This document shows, in pieces, positions 1 through 9,891 of a stretch of 34,282 nucleotides of DNA. Origin of the DNA: a virus; the UHGV virus genome UHGV-0276200; one strand, 5' to 3'. Position 1 is the first letter of the stretch, and each line of letters begins with the position of its first letter. Both the position numbers and the translations under genes were made by a program. Under the pieces are notes generated by a model that worked only from the letters and a program-made list of their open reading frames with translations, was not told the origin of the DNA and did no database searches.

Positions 1-577
1 CTGGCCTGAATCGACAGCGTTATTTTGTACGGCGGTCAGTGCATTCATCAGAAGCGATCCTCTTATGAGATGTAGGGTGACATGGCGATGCTCATTTCGT
101 AGCCATAATCTAAAAATATCTACATTTCTGAAAAATGCGCATAAAAGTTACATATTGTTTTCTTATTGTGATCAATAACAACAAATTAATAACAAATAAT
201 GTGAGGGATAAGAATTGGGTTGAAAGGAAATGAATAATTAAAACAATATATTAAGTGTGCTTATACTCTTTTCGAACTGGTGGCATTTGTTTAAATGCTA
301 TTTAAACTGCTTTTCCAGAGTTCAACTTACTGAGTTCCGTGTCGACTAATGTGAGTAAGATCAATCGCATCCAACCTATGTTACTTGATGGAATCGATAA
401 CAATATTAATGAATATACAGATTCCGGGAAGGCTGGCTATGGGGGCAAATTATTCTCTTTCTGGCAACGGGTAAATAACAGTGACCATTTGTCGAGAAGC
501 TGATACTGAGCTGAGGGATACTGTATATGTCTGGACTGTAATTGGATGAATTCTATTCAGGGCGGGTCAGGACCAAT

Positions 578-599
578 AAAAAAGCCCGCATCAGCGGGC
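578..599 (-). terminator. Rho-independent terminator-like hairpin (GCCCGC-ATCA-GCGGGC) followed by a T6 run on the minus strand
   Basis: Perfect 6-bp stem at 584-589/594-599 with a 4-nt loop; A6 run at 578-583 gives T6 after the stem on the minus strand. Only TTTAAT follows on the plus strand. Confidence 0.4.
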
Positions 600-729
600 T
601 TTAATGTCATAGGGAGTCGCGACTCCGTTGCGTATCCTTTTTTGTCTCCTCACCGTCTGGTCGGTGTCCTGCTGAGACTTATAACTTCCTGTTTTTGTTG
701 GTGTAGTCCTTACACCGTCCAATCATGAT

Positions 730-774
730 TGGTGGAGCTGGCGGGAGTTGAACCCGCGTCCGAAATTCCTACAT
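730..774. repeat. attL: 45-bp direct repeat identical to the 3' end of ssrA (prophage left junction)
   Basis: tggtggagctggcgggagttgaacccgcgtccgaaattcctacat is identical to 34098..34142; sequence diverges immediately after. Confidence 0.85.
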
Positions 775-893
775 ACCATTTTTACTATAACAAAAACAGT
801 AAATTTCGTTTGAAAACATATTGTTAATGTTATTTGGTGTTTGTCCGTTTTATAGGTTTTTAATGCTCTGCCGCCAAAATGTCGCCATTACTA

Positions 894-2099
894 TCATGGT
901 TTAATATGGGCATATACTTGAATTTCATCCATACAAGTTTCGAGTTTATAAAAGTCAGTTAAATTATAGATGTTCAAAATTTCATCATCTATGCTTCCTG
1001 TTAGCTCACGATTTTTTCTTCTTCGTAGCCTTCTGCTGAGATTCTCTCGATCGGATTGTGCAACTGATTCAGGCACGTACTCAACTGTTTTTAGGACCTG
1101 CCAAGATACAGGCAATGTGAATTTGAAAATTTTCGCTAGATTTGGACAAAATTCATTATTGGCCATCTCCTCGTAACGCACTTTTGGAGGAAGTACCACA
1201 TTTATTCCTCTGCTACCTAAGGCATTAGCAGGTAATTTTGTTGAGCGGTAGGCTATACCAACAACATTCTCATTGCTGTTCCGACTGATCCATTGCATCA
1301 AAAGATTGGGGATAATATATTCTTGTACAAAGGAAGCATTGTCATATTTTTTTAAATAATTGCATGCAATTATCAAAGGCCAAAGTGCTAAATATGAGAG
1401 TTTGGTATTGAAATCATATTTGTTCTTTCTTTTTGACTCTAATATAGATCTCTGTTTATATAAAAAATCAGGTCCTATATTTAGTACCTTTGAGTCATTA
1501 TTTTTATCGATCTTGTAGGCAGATATATATAGCTTATCAAAATCTGGCTTATCCATTTCTCTCCAGCATATATAAAGAGATGTTCCTAAATATAAACAGG
1601 GTAGACCAGCAACTGAAAATCTCTGTGCTCTAACAAAGTGACGCTGACTGAACGGAATATGAAACATATCTCTTCTTGATGTAAGTGGCGTATCAGATTT
1701 TCTAACGCGGAATAATGGTTTATCTTCATTACATAAGTCAGAAAGAGGTATGCATATATTTTCAATATGACGAGATATAGTTCGTGGCTCTAGCATACTT
1801 TCAAATGAGTCATATGCCGACTTAATATCCCCTGATAAAAAACACTCTAAACACGAGACGATTTCTTTCTGCATGATATCTACAGCTCTAAGTCTATTGC
1901 GCAAGCGTAAACTTAACCTGTTATCATTTTCCTGGATGTAATCTACTAAACAACCCCGGAATTTACTGCATTTTAGAGCGAAGTCATCTATCAAAGTAAG
2001 GTTTTTTTCAATCTCAATTGGTGGTCGAATACTTGATTTTTTTCTAATAGTGTCAAAAAGATTATTAAGTTCTTCATCGAGTTCTTGTTGAATATGCAT
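894..2099 (-). CDS. Hypothetical AT-rich cargo protein (401 aa) downstream of int; central segment resembles a RES-domain signature (tentative)
   Basis: Uninterrupted 401-codon ORF starting 9 nt after the int stop, with no obvious SD. Much lower GC than backbone. Segment FRVRKSD...QRFSVAGLPCLYLGTSLYICWRE matches the R-F-x...P-x-LYL-x-x-S...C-x-x-E pattern recalled for RES toxins such as MbcT. Confidence 0.6.
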   Translation of the reverse strand: MHIQQELDEELNNLFDTIRKKSSIRPPIEIEKNLTLIDDFALKCSKFRGCLVDYIQENDNRLSLRLRNRLRAVDIMQKEIVSCLECFLSGDIKSAYDSFESMLEPRTISRHIENICIPLSDLCNEDKPLFRVRKSDTPLTSRRDMFHIPFSQRHFVRAQRFSVAGLPCLYLGTSLYICWREMDKPDFDKLYISAYKIDKNNDSKVLNIGPDFLYKQRSILESKRKNKYDFNTKLSYLALWPLIIACNYLKKYDNASFVQEYIIPNLLMQWISRNSNENVVGIAYRSTKLPANALGSRGINVVLPPKVRYEEMANNEFCPNLAKIFKFTLPVSWQVLKTVEYVPESVAQSDRENLSRRLRRRKNRELTGSIDDEILNIYNLTDFYKLETCMDEIQVYAHIKP

Positions 2100-2108
2100 T
2101 TTTATTTA

Positions 2109-3125
2109 TCACTTTAAGTTAAATAAGGGGTTTTTAGTAACAGCATCTTCAAGATGTTCTGGTGCGAAATGGGCATAGACCATTGTCATTTTTATATCTG
2201 AGTGCCCTAAAATATCTCTCAATACAAGAATATTTCCGCCATTCATCATAAAGTGACTAGCGAATGTATGGCGCAATACATGCGTGCACTGGCCCTCTGG
2301 CAAGTCAATACCTGCTCTTTTTACTGCACGCTCAAAAGATTTTCTGCATGGCGTGAATAACTTCCCTCTGTTTTTGGGGAGTTCGTGATACAGATCTTGA
2401 GATATTGGTACTGTTCTGTTTTTCTTGCCCTTTGTCTTTGTATAAGTAATTCGGTATTTCGATATTTGGTGGCCCTGAAGGTTTTCGGCTTCACTCCACC
2501 GTGCGCCGGTAGCTAAGCATATTTTTGCAATCATTAGTAGGCTCGGGCTTTGAGATTCAGCACATGCAGCCAACAGGCGCTTGATTTCGTCCACGGAAAG
2601 AAAAGCCAGCTCACCTTCGGTAATTTTGAAGGTCGGAAGTCCTGCCAGCGGGTTTGGTGCTGACCAGTGTCCTAGTTTTTTTAATGTACCGAACACCGAT
2701 GATAGATTGCGCTGTTCAAGGTTTACCGTGCGGGGCTTAACGGGCGACATAAGCGTGCCATCTTCATTTCGTACTTCACCTTTTAACCGTGCTTCGCGGT
2801 ATTTCGTAAAGTCACCGGCTGTTAGTTCTGAGGCGATGGGATCGCCTAGACCATTACAGATAATTCTAAGTTTCGCCATGAGGCGCTTGGGGTCTGCGAG
2901 TGTTTGACCATACAGGGAATACCACTGCTCAATTAATTCTGATAGGTGTCGCCGATCTTCCTTTTCCCCCAGCCATGGTTTTTTGTTCACTTCTTCCATT
3001 GTGAAGCTTTCAAAAGCAATGGCTTCGCCTTTCGTAGCAAATTGCTTACGCACGCGCTTGCCATTGCGTCCATTGGGATAGCACTCGCACAACCATTTAC
3101 CGTTTGGCTGTTTTCTGACAGTCAT
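2109..3125 (-). CDS. int: Tyrosine integrase (P2 Int family)
   Basis: 338 aa. N-terminus GRNGKRVRKQF...AFE resembles P2 Int; C-terminus has HxLRHTFAS...GH...MVYAH catalytic R/H/R/Y-type motifs. Located next to the att site. Confidence 0.9.
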   Translation of the reverse strand: MTVRKQPNGKWLCECYPNGRNGKRVRKQFATKGEAIAFESFTMEEVNKKPWLGEKEDRRHLSELIEQWYSLYGQTLADPKRLMAKLRIICNGLGDPIASELTAGDFTKYREARLKGEVRNEDGTLMSPVKPRTVNLEQRNLSSVFGTLKKLGHWSAPNPLAGLPTFKITEGELAFLSVDEIKRLLAACAESQSPSLLMIAKICLATGARWSEAENLQGHQISKYRITYTKTKGKKNRTVPISQDLYHELPKNRGKLFTPCRKSFERAVKRAGIDLPEGQCTHVLRHTFASHFMMNGGNILVLRDILGHSDIKMTMVYAHFAPEHLEDAVTKNPLFNLK

Positions 3126-3127
3126 GT

Positions 3128-3760
3128 TTAGATACTCTTTATTACTTTGACTGCACGCCCAATAACTTCCACATCATCAGTAGAGCACTCGAAAGACGCT
3201 TCATCTTGATTTACTACAATCTTATTGCCGGGAATCCGCATGATTTTTGCAACAATAATCATTCCATCAATATTGATAAGCCAGAATCCATTGCTGACCT
3301 GTTTAATTGATTTATCGATGAGATAACAATCAGTAGGGGTTTCTAAGAACATCGATTCTTCATAATCTGCAGGTAATATGCTGTGGTCTAGGAAAATCTC
3401 TTCATCAATACTGAGTTGTCCATTCTCCAGGGTTCCTTTAGGAATAGCTGGAGTTATGAGTTTGGATAACGGTTTAATTGCTTGTTTGTTCTCATTATGA
3501 GAACTTTTCTCAGGCTCAGCTCCTCCTTTCATGCTTCCCTGTCCTGTAGCTAACCAAAGCAACGAAACACCGGTTTCTAGTGCGCACTGAATTATCCAGT
3601 CAGCAGGAAAGCTGTCACGTAACACTCTGTTTGCCATAGTGCTTTTTGAGACATTCAGGTGCTCGCTTAATGCCTGCTTAGTTGTGAATCCATAAGCCTC
3701 AAGCAGCCTTTCAATAGCTGCCTTACCTCCCGTATCGGAACCCATTCTGATGTTTAACAT
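3128..3760 (-). CDS. cI: CI-type immunity repressor (186-like)
   Basis: 210 aa with N-terminal HTH-like region (TKQALSEHLNVSKSTMANR...CALETGVSLLWLATGQG). Divergent from apl/cII across a promoter/operator region, as in 186. Confidence 0.75.
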   Translation of the reverse strand: MLNIRMGSDTGGKAAIERLLEAYGFTTKQALSEHLNVSKSTMANRVLRDSFPADWIIQCALETGVSLLWLATGQGSMKGGAEPEKSSHNENKQAIKPLSKLITPAIPKGTLENGQLSIDEEIFLDHSILPADYEESMFLETPTDCYLIDKSIKQVSNGFWLINIDGMIIVAKIMRIPGNKIVVNQDEASFECSTDDVEVIGRAVKVIKSI

Positions 3761-3773
3761 TGGTAATCTCCAT

Positions 3774-3802
3774 TTGACAATCTTGAATCAAGATCGTAAT
3801 GT
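3774..3802 (+). promoter_or_regulatory. Putative rightward early promoter (pR-like) with embedded operator palindrome
   Basis: -35 TTGACA (3774-3779), 17-bp spacer, -10 TAATGT (3797-3802). Perfect 6-1-6 palindrome TCTTGA-A-TCAAGA at 3781-3793 inside the spacer. About 80 bp upstream of apl. Confidence 0.5.
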
Positions 3803-3881
3803 CTTCATGTCTCTTGATGTGAGAGTTTAAGAGACGGGCTAAAACGAACTAACACGCACACAAAGTAAGAGATACTGCACT

Positions 3882-4124
3882 ATGAGTACTGATATTTCAA
3901 TTCGTGTACCAAAAGAGATGGCTACGCCTGCAGAGTTCGCAGAGTGGGAGGGTATTTCCCGCGGCTCTGTTTACCAAAAAATTCACCATGGTCAACTTGC
4001 TAAGTACATGGTCAAGAAAGAAAAAAACAAAGGTCGCGTAAGCCTGCGTTATCTGATGTACAAAACCGATCAGGTCCGTGAATCCCTCGGTCATTCCAAC
4101 TTCCGAGTCATTGTTGGTAAGTAA
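3882..4124 (+). CDS. apl: Cox/Apl-family excisionase and transcriptional regulator
   Basis: 80 aa; first rightward gene opposite cI. Segment PAEFAEWEGISRGSVYQKIHHGQL resembles the HTH region of P2 Cox. Confidence 0.6.
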   Translation: MSTDISIRVPKEMATPAEFAEWEGISRGSVYQKIHHGQLAKYMVKKEKNKGRVSLRYLMYKTDQVRESLGHSNFRVIVGK

Positions 4125-4157
4125 GTTCAATTATGGGAACTTTCTAAGGGGGGCACC

Positions 4158-4667
4158 ATGTTTGATTACAAGATTTCCAAACATCCGCATTTCGATGAAG
4201 CCTGTAGGGCTTTTGCACTGCGCCACAACCTGGTGCAACTGGCAGAACGTGCAGGCATGAATGTGCAGATTCTGCGGAACAAGCTGAACCCAGCTCAACC
4301 TCATTTATTAACTGCACCAGAAATCTGGTTGCTTACCGATCTGACTGAAGATTCAACGCTGGTAGATGGTTTTCTGGCTCAGATTCACTGCCTGCCATGT
4401 GTACCGATTAATGAGGTGGCAAAAGAGAAACTGCCACATTACGTCATGAGTGCAACCGCAGAGATCGGGCGTGTTGCTGCAGGTGCGGTATCTGGCGATG
4501 TAAAAACCAGTGCAGGTCGTCGTGATGCTATCAGCAGCATTAACTCTGTAACACGACTGATGGCGCTGGCTGCTGTTTCATTGCAGGCCCGTTTACAGGC
4601 TAACCCTGCGATGGCGAGTGCAGTTGATACCGTGACTGGCCTCGGTGCTTCATTCGGTTTGCTGTGA
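4158..4667 (+). CDS. cII: CII-like lysogeny establishment regulator (186 CII family)
   Basis: 169 aa, the same length as 186 CII, in the canonical position after apl. Good RBS (aaggggg) before the ATG. Confidence 0.7.
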   Translation: MFDYKISKHPHFDEACRAFALRHNLVQLAERAGMNVQILRNKLNPAQPHLLTAPEIWLLTDLTEDSTLVDGFLAQIHCLPCVPINEVAKEKLPHYVMSATAEIGRVAAGAVSGDVKTSAGRRDAISSINSVTRLMALAAVSLQARLQANPAMASAVDTVTGLGASFGLL

Positions 4668-4674
4668 GGTGCTT

Positions 4675-4875
4675 ATGCTGACGAAAGAACCATCATTTGC
4701 ATCGCTGCTGGTAAAACAAAGTCCGGCAATGCACTACGGTCACGGCTGGATAATGGGTAAGGATGGTAAACGCTGGCATCCGTGCCGTTCACAAGATGAA
4801 TTGCTGGCAGAACTATCAACGAAAAAACGGGGGAACAAATGGCTATTGAAGGCGCTGCGGCGACTGTTCCATTAA
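4675..4875 (+). CDS. Small hypothetical early protein
   Basis: ATG at 4675 preceded by GAGGTG, directly after the cII stop. The track ORF 4645 is an N-terminal over-extension. Confidence 0.4.
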   Translation: MLTKEPSFASLLVKQSPAMHYGHGWIMGKDGKRWHPCRSQDELLAELSTKKRGNKWLLKALRRLFH

Positions 4876-4975
4876 GCCCCGGCGAACGCCTGAATGGACT
4901 TAATCACATTGCGGAATTAAGGGCGAAAGTTTTGGCCTTAATATTGAGTCAGAGCTTGAGCGGTTTATTAAAGAT

Positions 4976-5179
4976 ATGCGTGATCCACGGGATATCAATA
5001 ATGAACAAAATAAACGGGCACTGGCTGCCATATTCTTTATGGCAAAAATTCCAGCTGAACGTCATAGCATCAGCATTAGTGAGCTGACCACTGATGAAAA
5101 GCGGGAGTTGATTAAAGCAATGAATCATTTTCGTGCAGTGGTGAGCTTATTTCCAAGACGGCTAACCATGCCGAATTAA
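4976..5179 (+). CDS. Small hypothetical early protein (possibly the 3' part of a frame-disrupted gene)
   Basis: 67-aa ORF with a protein-like composition. The upstream overlapping ORF 4839..5087 in another frame has a plausible N-terminus but a junk-like C-terminus. Confidence 0.3.
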   Translation: MRDPRDINNEQNKRALAAIFFMAKIPAERHSISISELTTDEKRELIKAMNHFRAVVSLFPRRLTMPN

Positions 5180-5246
5180 CCAACTAATGAAATTAATGGC
5201 GTAAACCCGCCGGGCATCCCTTTATCTAAATTCAGGAGAATTGATT

Positions 5247-5480
5247 ATGCGTAATATTGAAACCCTCACAACCAAAGCCGGACCGGATGACGCAGGGCTT
5301 AATATTTTACTGACAGAGGCTCGTCTGGAAGAACGCCGGGCAAGGGCTGAAGCAATGGCAGCTCGCCTTGATAGCCTGGCGTGTCATATCACATCCCGCC
5401 AGCTAAACCACGTCGAAGCGGCAGAACTACTGCGTGTAACTGCTGAAGCAATCCAGAACGAAGCGCAGGAGATCCACTAA
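5247..5480 (+). CDS. Small hypothetical early protein
   Basis: ATG at 5247 preceded by AGGAG at 5234-5238. The track start at 5241 is a TTG. Confidence 0.45.
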   Translation: MRNIETLTTKAGPDDAGLNILLTEARLEERRARAEAMAARLDSLACHITSRQLNHVEAAELLRVTAEAIQNEAQEIH

Positions 5481-5707
5481 TGGCTGATGCAATGGATCTC
5501 GTACAGCAGCGCGTTGAAGAAGAACGCCAGCGCCATATTCGTGCTGCCCGTGCCAAAACACCGGGCGTGTCTCGCGTGCTTTGTATTGAATGTGAAGCGC
5601 CAATTCCGCCGGCACGACGCCGCGCCATTCCGGGAGTGCAGCTTTGCATTACCTGCCAGGAAATCGCAGAGCTGAAAGGCAAACATTACAACGGAGGTGC
5701 TGTATGA
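5480..5707 (+). CDS. TraR/DksA-family C4 zinc-finger protein
   Basis: 75 aa with CIECEAPIPPARRRAIPGVQLCITCQ (CxxC-N17-CxxC). AGGAG RBS upstream. Confidence 0.7.
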   Translation: MADAMDLVQQRVEEERQRHIRAARAKTPGVSRVLCIECEAPIPPARRRAIPGVQLCITCQEIAELKGKHYNGGAV

Positions 5708-6561
5708 GCACCATCCTGAAATGGGCGGGAAATAAAACCGCCAATATGTCCGAACTGAAAAAACACCTTCCTGCTGGCCCGCGACTGGTTGAACCTTTCG
5801 CGGGTTCCTGTGCTGTGATGATGGAGACGGATTACCCCAGCTATCTGGTTGCGGATATTAATCCTGATTTAATCAACCTCTATAAAAAGGTTGCCGCTGA
5901 TTGTGAATCGTTTATATCTCGCGCCAGAGTTTTATTTGAGATCGCAAACAGGGAGGTGGCTTATTACAACATAAGGCAGGAGTTTAATTACTCCACTGAA
6001 ATTACTGATTTCATGAAAGCGGTATATTTCCTGTATCTCAATCGTCACGGTTACCGTGGTTTATGTCGTTATAACAAGAGCGGGCATTTCAACATTCCCT
6101 ACGGTAATTATAAAAATCCGTATTTCCCTGAAAAAGAAATTCGTGCATTTGCAGAAAAAGCCCAGCGGGCAACATTTATCTGCGCCAGCTTCGATGAAAC
6201 GCTGGCAATGTTGCACGCGGGAGATGTGGTGTATTGCGATCCGCCGTATGACGGTACGTTTTCCGGCTATCACACTGATGGTTTCACTGAAGATGACCAG
6301 TATCACCTGGCATCCGTTCTTGAACATCGGTCATCAGAAGGACATCCAGTCATTGTTTCTAACAGTGACACATCCCTGATCCGTTCGCTGTATCGCAATT
6401 TTACTCACCACTATATCAAGGTAAAACGCAGCATCGGTGTGGCAGCTGGCGAGGGTAAATCAGCAACAGAAATCATTGCTGTTTCCGGGCCGTGCTGCTG
6501 GATGGGATTTGATTATTCGCGTGGCGTGGATAGTTCTGCCGTGTACGGAGTACGTGCATGA
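5704..6561 (+). CDS. dam: DNA adenine methyltransferase (Dam-like, N6-adenine)
   Basis: N-terminal LKWAGNK motif and catalytic DPPY motif ([12 protein letters not shown]). The track ORF 5644 is an upstream over-extension. Confidence 0.85.
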   Translation: MSTILKWAGNKTANMSELKKHLPAGPRLVEPFAGSCAVMMETDYPSYLVADINPDLINLYKKVAADCESFISRARVLFEIANREVAYYNIRQEFNYSTEITDFMKAVYFLYLNRHGYRGLCRYNKSGHFNIPYGNYKNPYFPEKEIRAFAEKAQRATFICASFDETLAMLHAGDVVYCDPPYDGTFSGYHTDGFTEDDQYHLASVLEHRSSEGHPVIVSNSDTSLIRSLYRNFTHHYIKVKRSIGVAAGEGKSATEIIAVSGPCCWMGFDYSRGVDSSAVYGVRA

Positions 6562-8972
6562 CTCATGCCGATATGAACAACTGCTGCGGCTTTAACGAGG
6601 CTGCCGCAGCATTCTCATGGAACAGCCCGAAAAAGGCCATTAACCCTTATCTGGACCCGGCGGAAGTTGCGCCGGTTTCTACGCTTTCAAACCTGATCAC
6701 TCTGTACGCTGCCGATAACGAGCAGGAACAGTTGCGCCGCGAGGCACTGAGTGATCAGGTCTGGGAGCGTTATTTCTTTAATGAATCACGTGATCCTGTC
6801 CAGCGCGAAATGGAGCAGGATAAGCTCATTAGCCGGGCAAAGCTGGCGCATGAGCAGCAGCGTTTTAATTCAGACATGGTCATTCTGGCGGACGTCAACG
6901 CCCAGCCTTCCCATATCAGCAAGCCGCTGATGCAACGTATTGAATACTTCAGCAGCCTGGGCAGGCCAAAGGCTTATTCCCGCTATTTACGTGAGACGAT
7001 TAAGCCATGTCTGGAACGACTGGAGCATGTACGCGACAGTCAGCTATCTGCATCTTTTCGCTTTATGGCAAGCCATGAAGGGCTGGACGGCCTGCTGATC
7101 CTGCCTGAAATGAGTCAGGATCAGGTGAAACGCCTGTCCACCCTGGTAGCTGCGCATATGAGTATGTGCCTTGATGCAGCTTGTGGTGATTTGTATGCCA
7201 CCGATGACGTTAAGCCAGAAGAAATCCGCAAGACATGGGAAAAGGTGGCAGCGGAAACCCTGCGTCTGGATGTCATCCCACCTGCGTTTGAGCAACTCCG
7301 TCGGAAAAGAAACCGCCGTAAACCCGTGCCCTATGAACTCATTCCGGGTTCGCTGGCGCGTATGTTGTGCGCCGACTGGTGGTATCGGAAATTATGGAAG
7401 ATGCGTTGCGAATGGCGGGAAGAGCAGTTGCGCGCTGTTTGCCTGGTCAGCAAAAAAGCATCTCCTTATGTCAGCTATGAAGCCGTGATGCATAAACGTG
7501 AGCAGCGCCGTAAGTCGCTGGAGTTTTTCCGTTCTCATGAACTGGTGAACGAAGACGGCGACACGCTGGACATGGAGGATGTGGTAAACGCCAGCAGCAG
7601 CAACCCTGCGCATCGCCGCAATGAGATGATGGCCTGTGTTAAAGGTCTGGAGCTTATCGCGGAAATGCGCGGTGACTGCGCCGTTTTCTACACTATCACC
7701 TGTCCGTCGCGTTTCCATTCCACGCTAAATAACGGCAGACCAAACCCGACCTGGACAAACGCGACGGTAAGACAAAGCAGCGATTATCTGGTCGGCATGT
7801 TTGCTGCATTTCGTAAGGCGATGCACAAAGCCGGGTTGCGCTGGTATGGCGTGCGGGTGGCTGAGCCGCATCATGATGGCACAGTTCACTGGCACCTGTT
7901 GTGTTTCATGCGCAAAAAAGACCGCCGTGCCATCACTGCATTACTGCGTAAGTTTGCCATCCGTGAAGACCGCGAGGAGCTGGGCAATAACACTGGGCCG
8001 CGCTTTAAGTCTGAGTTGATTAACCCGCGCAAAGGAACGCCGACAAGCTACATCGCGAAATATATCAGTAAGAACATTGACGGTCGTGGTCTGGCTGGCG
8101 AGATCAGCAAGGAAACGGGTAAATCTCTGCGTGATAACGCTGAATACGTGAATGCCTGGGCGTCTTTGCATCGTGTTCAGCAATTCCGCTTCTTTGGCAT
8201 TCCGGGGCGTCAGGCTTACCGTGAACTGCGATTGTTGGCTGGTCAGGCGGCAAGGCAACAGGGGGACAAAAATGCAGGTGCGCCGGTACTGGATAACCCG
8301 CGTCTTGATGCCATTCTGGCTGCTGCTGATGCTGGTTGTTTTGCCACCTACATCATGAAGCAGGGCGGCGTACTGGTTCCCCGTAAATATCACCTCATCA
8401 GAACCGCTTATGAAATCAACGAAGAGCCGACCGCCTATGGCGATCACGGCATTCGTATTTATGGCATCTGGTCACCCATTGCAGAGGGCAAGATCTGCAC
8501 TCATGCAGTGAAGTGGAAAATGGTTCGTAAAGCCGTTGACGTTCAGGAGGCGGCAGCCGACCAGGGCGCTTGCGCCCCTTGGACTCGTGGCAATAACTGT
8601 CCCCTTGCTGAAAATTTGAACCAACAAGGGAAAGACAAATCAGCTGATGGGGATACCAGAACGGAAATCACCCGCATGGATGACAAGGAATTGCACGATT
8701 ACCTGCACAGTATGAGCAAAAAAGAGCGCCGGGAACTGGCAGCAAGGTTACGCCTGGTTAAACCGAAACGGCGTAAAGACTACAAACAGCGAATTACAGA
8801 TCATCAGCGACAGCAGCTCGTCTATGAACTGAAGTCCAGAGGATTTGATGGCAGCGAGAAAGAGGTCGATTTACTCCTTCGCGGCGGCAGTATTCCGTCA
8901 GGAGCAGGCCTGCGTATCTTCTATCGGAACCAGCGTCTGCAGGAGGATGATAAATGGCGGAACCTGTATTAA
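6558..8972 (+). CDS. A: Replication initiation protein A (rolling-circle nickase, P2 gpA family)
   Basis: 804 aa. HUH-like motif ([10 protein letters not shown]) and tyrosine motif ([12 protein letters not shown]). Positioned after the early operon as in P2/186. Confidence 0.85.
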   Translation: MTHADMNNCCGFNEAAAAFSWNSPKKAINPYLDPAEVAPVSTLSNLITLYAADNEQEQLRREALSDQVWERYFFNESRDPVQREMEQDKLISRAKLAHEQQRFNSDMVILADVNAQPSHISKPLMQRIEYFSSLGRPKAYSRYLRETIKPCLERLEHVRDSQLSASFRFMASHEGLDGLLILPEMSQDQVKRLSTLVAAHMSMCLDAACGDLYATDDVKPEEIRKTWEKVAAETLRLDVIPPAFEQLRRKRNRRKPVPYELIPGSLARMLCADWWYRKLWKMRCEWREEQLRAVCLVSKKASPYVSYEAVMHKREQRRKSLEFFRSHELVNEDGDTLDMEDVVNASSSNPAHRRNEMMACVKGLELIAEMRGDCAVFYTITCPSRFHSTLNNGRPNPTWTNATVRQSSDYLVGMFAAFRKAMHKAGLRWYGVRVAEPHHDGTVHWHLLCFMRKKDRRAITALLRKFAIREDREELGNNTGPRFKSELINPRKGTPTSYIAKYISKNIDGRGLAGEISKETGKSLRDNAEYVNAWASLHRVQQFRFFGIPGRQAYRELRLLAGQAARQQGDKNAGAPVLDNPRLDAILAAADAGCFATYIMKQGGVLVPRKYHLIRTAYEINEEPTAYGDHGIRIYGIWSPIAEGKICTHAVKWKMVRKAVDVQEAAADQGACAPWTRGNNCPLAENLNQQGKDKSADGDTRTEITRMDDKELHDYLHSMSKKERRELAARLRLVKPKRRKDYKQRITDHQRQQLVYELKSRGFDGSEKEVDLLLRGGSIPSGAGLRIFYRNQRLQEDDKWRNLY

Positions 8973-9064
8973 TTACGCAGGTTAACAATTCGTGCTCTTA
9001 ATAATACCAGGCATATCAGGCTGATGAGCGTAAAAAAACGTTTTACATCAGTAAGATTATTATA

Positions 9065-9084
9065 TACTGTAAATATAAACAGTG
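9065..9084. promoter_or_regulatory. LexA (SOS) box
   Basis: tactgtaaatataaacagtg matches the LexA consensus TACTGTATATATATACAGTA at 17 of 20 positions with perfect CTGT-N8-ACAG. Overlaps candidate -10 elements about 45 bp upstream of ORF 9125. Confidence 0.6.
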
Positions 9085-9124
9085 GTTATGTATACAGTGT
9101 TGCTTTGGTGTCATAGGAGGAAAG

Positions 9125-9313
9125 ATGCAGGACTATTTTTTGGAGTCTTTGAAGCTCCAGCGCATTGATTTTTTTCTTAAGCTTGTAGCGGCTAGTGAGT
9201 GTAGTGATGAAGAGAAGGGGCTGGCCCTGCAGTGGGTTTCTGAACTGACAGATGAACTCATGGCAAAAATCAGAACCCACGAATACAACCGCTCAATGGA
9301 TGTCATCAGCTGA
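9125..9313 (+). CDS. Small hypothetical protein, first gene after the LexA box (possible Tum-like antirepressor module)
   Basis: 62 aa, RBS GGAGG before the ATG. The antirepressor assignment rests on position only, by analogy with 186 tum. Confidence 0.4.
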   Translation: MQDYFLESLKLQRIDFFLKLVAASECSDEEKGLALQWVSELTDELMAKIRTHEYNRSMDVIS

Positions 9314-9323
9314 GGTGACTTTT

Positions 9324-9557
9324 ATGCGCATTGAAATAATGATCGATAAAGAGCAGAAGATTAGCCAGTCTACCCTGGACGCTCTGGAGTCCGAGCTTTA
9401 CCGCAACCTGCAACCCATCTATCCCAAGACAGCTATCCGCATCCGTAAAGGGTCGGCAAACGGCGTTGAGCTGAGTGGCTTAAAGCTTGATGAAGACAAA
9501 AAGCGGGTGATGGAAATTATGCAGCAGGTTTGGGAAGACGACAGCTGGCTGCACTAA
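9324..9557 (+). CDS. dinI: DinI-family protein
   Basis: 78 aa. MRIEIMIDK...TLDALESELYRNLQPIYP...EIMQQVWEDDSW aligns along its whole length with E. coli DinI. The track ORF 9252 is an over-extension. Confidence 0.8.
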   Translation: MRIEIMIDKEQKISQSTLDALESELYRNLQPIYPKTAIRIRKGSANGVELSGLKLDEDKKRVMEIMQQVWEDDSWLH

Positions 9558-9630
9558 GGAACGTTCCTGATGTAAGAACTTGATTCTGACGTCAGCAAGG
9601 TTGAACAACGAGAGTAGCGAGGCGTTAGCC

Positions 9631-9891
9631 ATGGGTAAAAAAGACAGTAATCACCAGATTATTTATCGGGGCCAGGTGCTGGAACGGTTTACCCCTGGCG
9701 GCTGGGTCTTCTTTCAACGCCCAAAGGAGTGTGGCGGAGGTTTTTGGTTGGGCCGCACCTATGAAGACTGCTTCTGGCTTGAGCTGGAATTCCCCGTTTC
9801 GCTATATGACGGCCTGGAGTTTTTGATGGAAGTCACCAGGGTAGAGCAGAGAAGTGATGAGGTTGACGCGAATTATTCCCTGTTTGATTAA
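9631..9891 (+). CDS. Hypothetical protein
   Basis: ATG at 9631 (MGKKDSNHQ...); no domain recognised. Confidence 0.4.
   Translation: MGKKDSNHQIIYRGQVLERFTPGGWVFFQRPKECGGGFWLGRTYEDCFWLELEFPVSLYDGLEFLMEVTRVEQRSDEVDANYSLFD

Noticed and set aside
546-728. 60-aa ORF in the left flank
   Set aside because: No RBS, overlaps terminator-like hairpins, and abuts the att repeat; most likely non-coding.
3128-3760. Possible LexA-like S24 autocleavage signature in the CI C-terminal domain (EESMF ... VAKIM)
   Set aside because: The match is too weak to call by eye, and a LexA-box module suggests antirepressor-based induction instead; left unannotated.
5644-5703. Upstream extension of dam in the track ORF
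   Set aside because: Overlaps the TraR-like gene; the conserved Dam N-terminus begins at the ATG at 5704.
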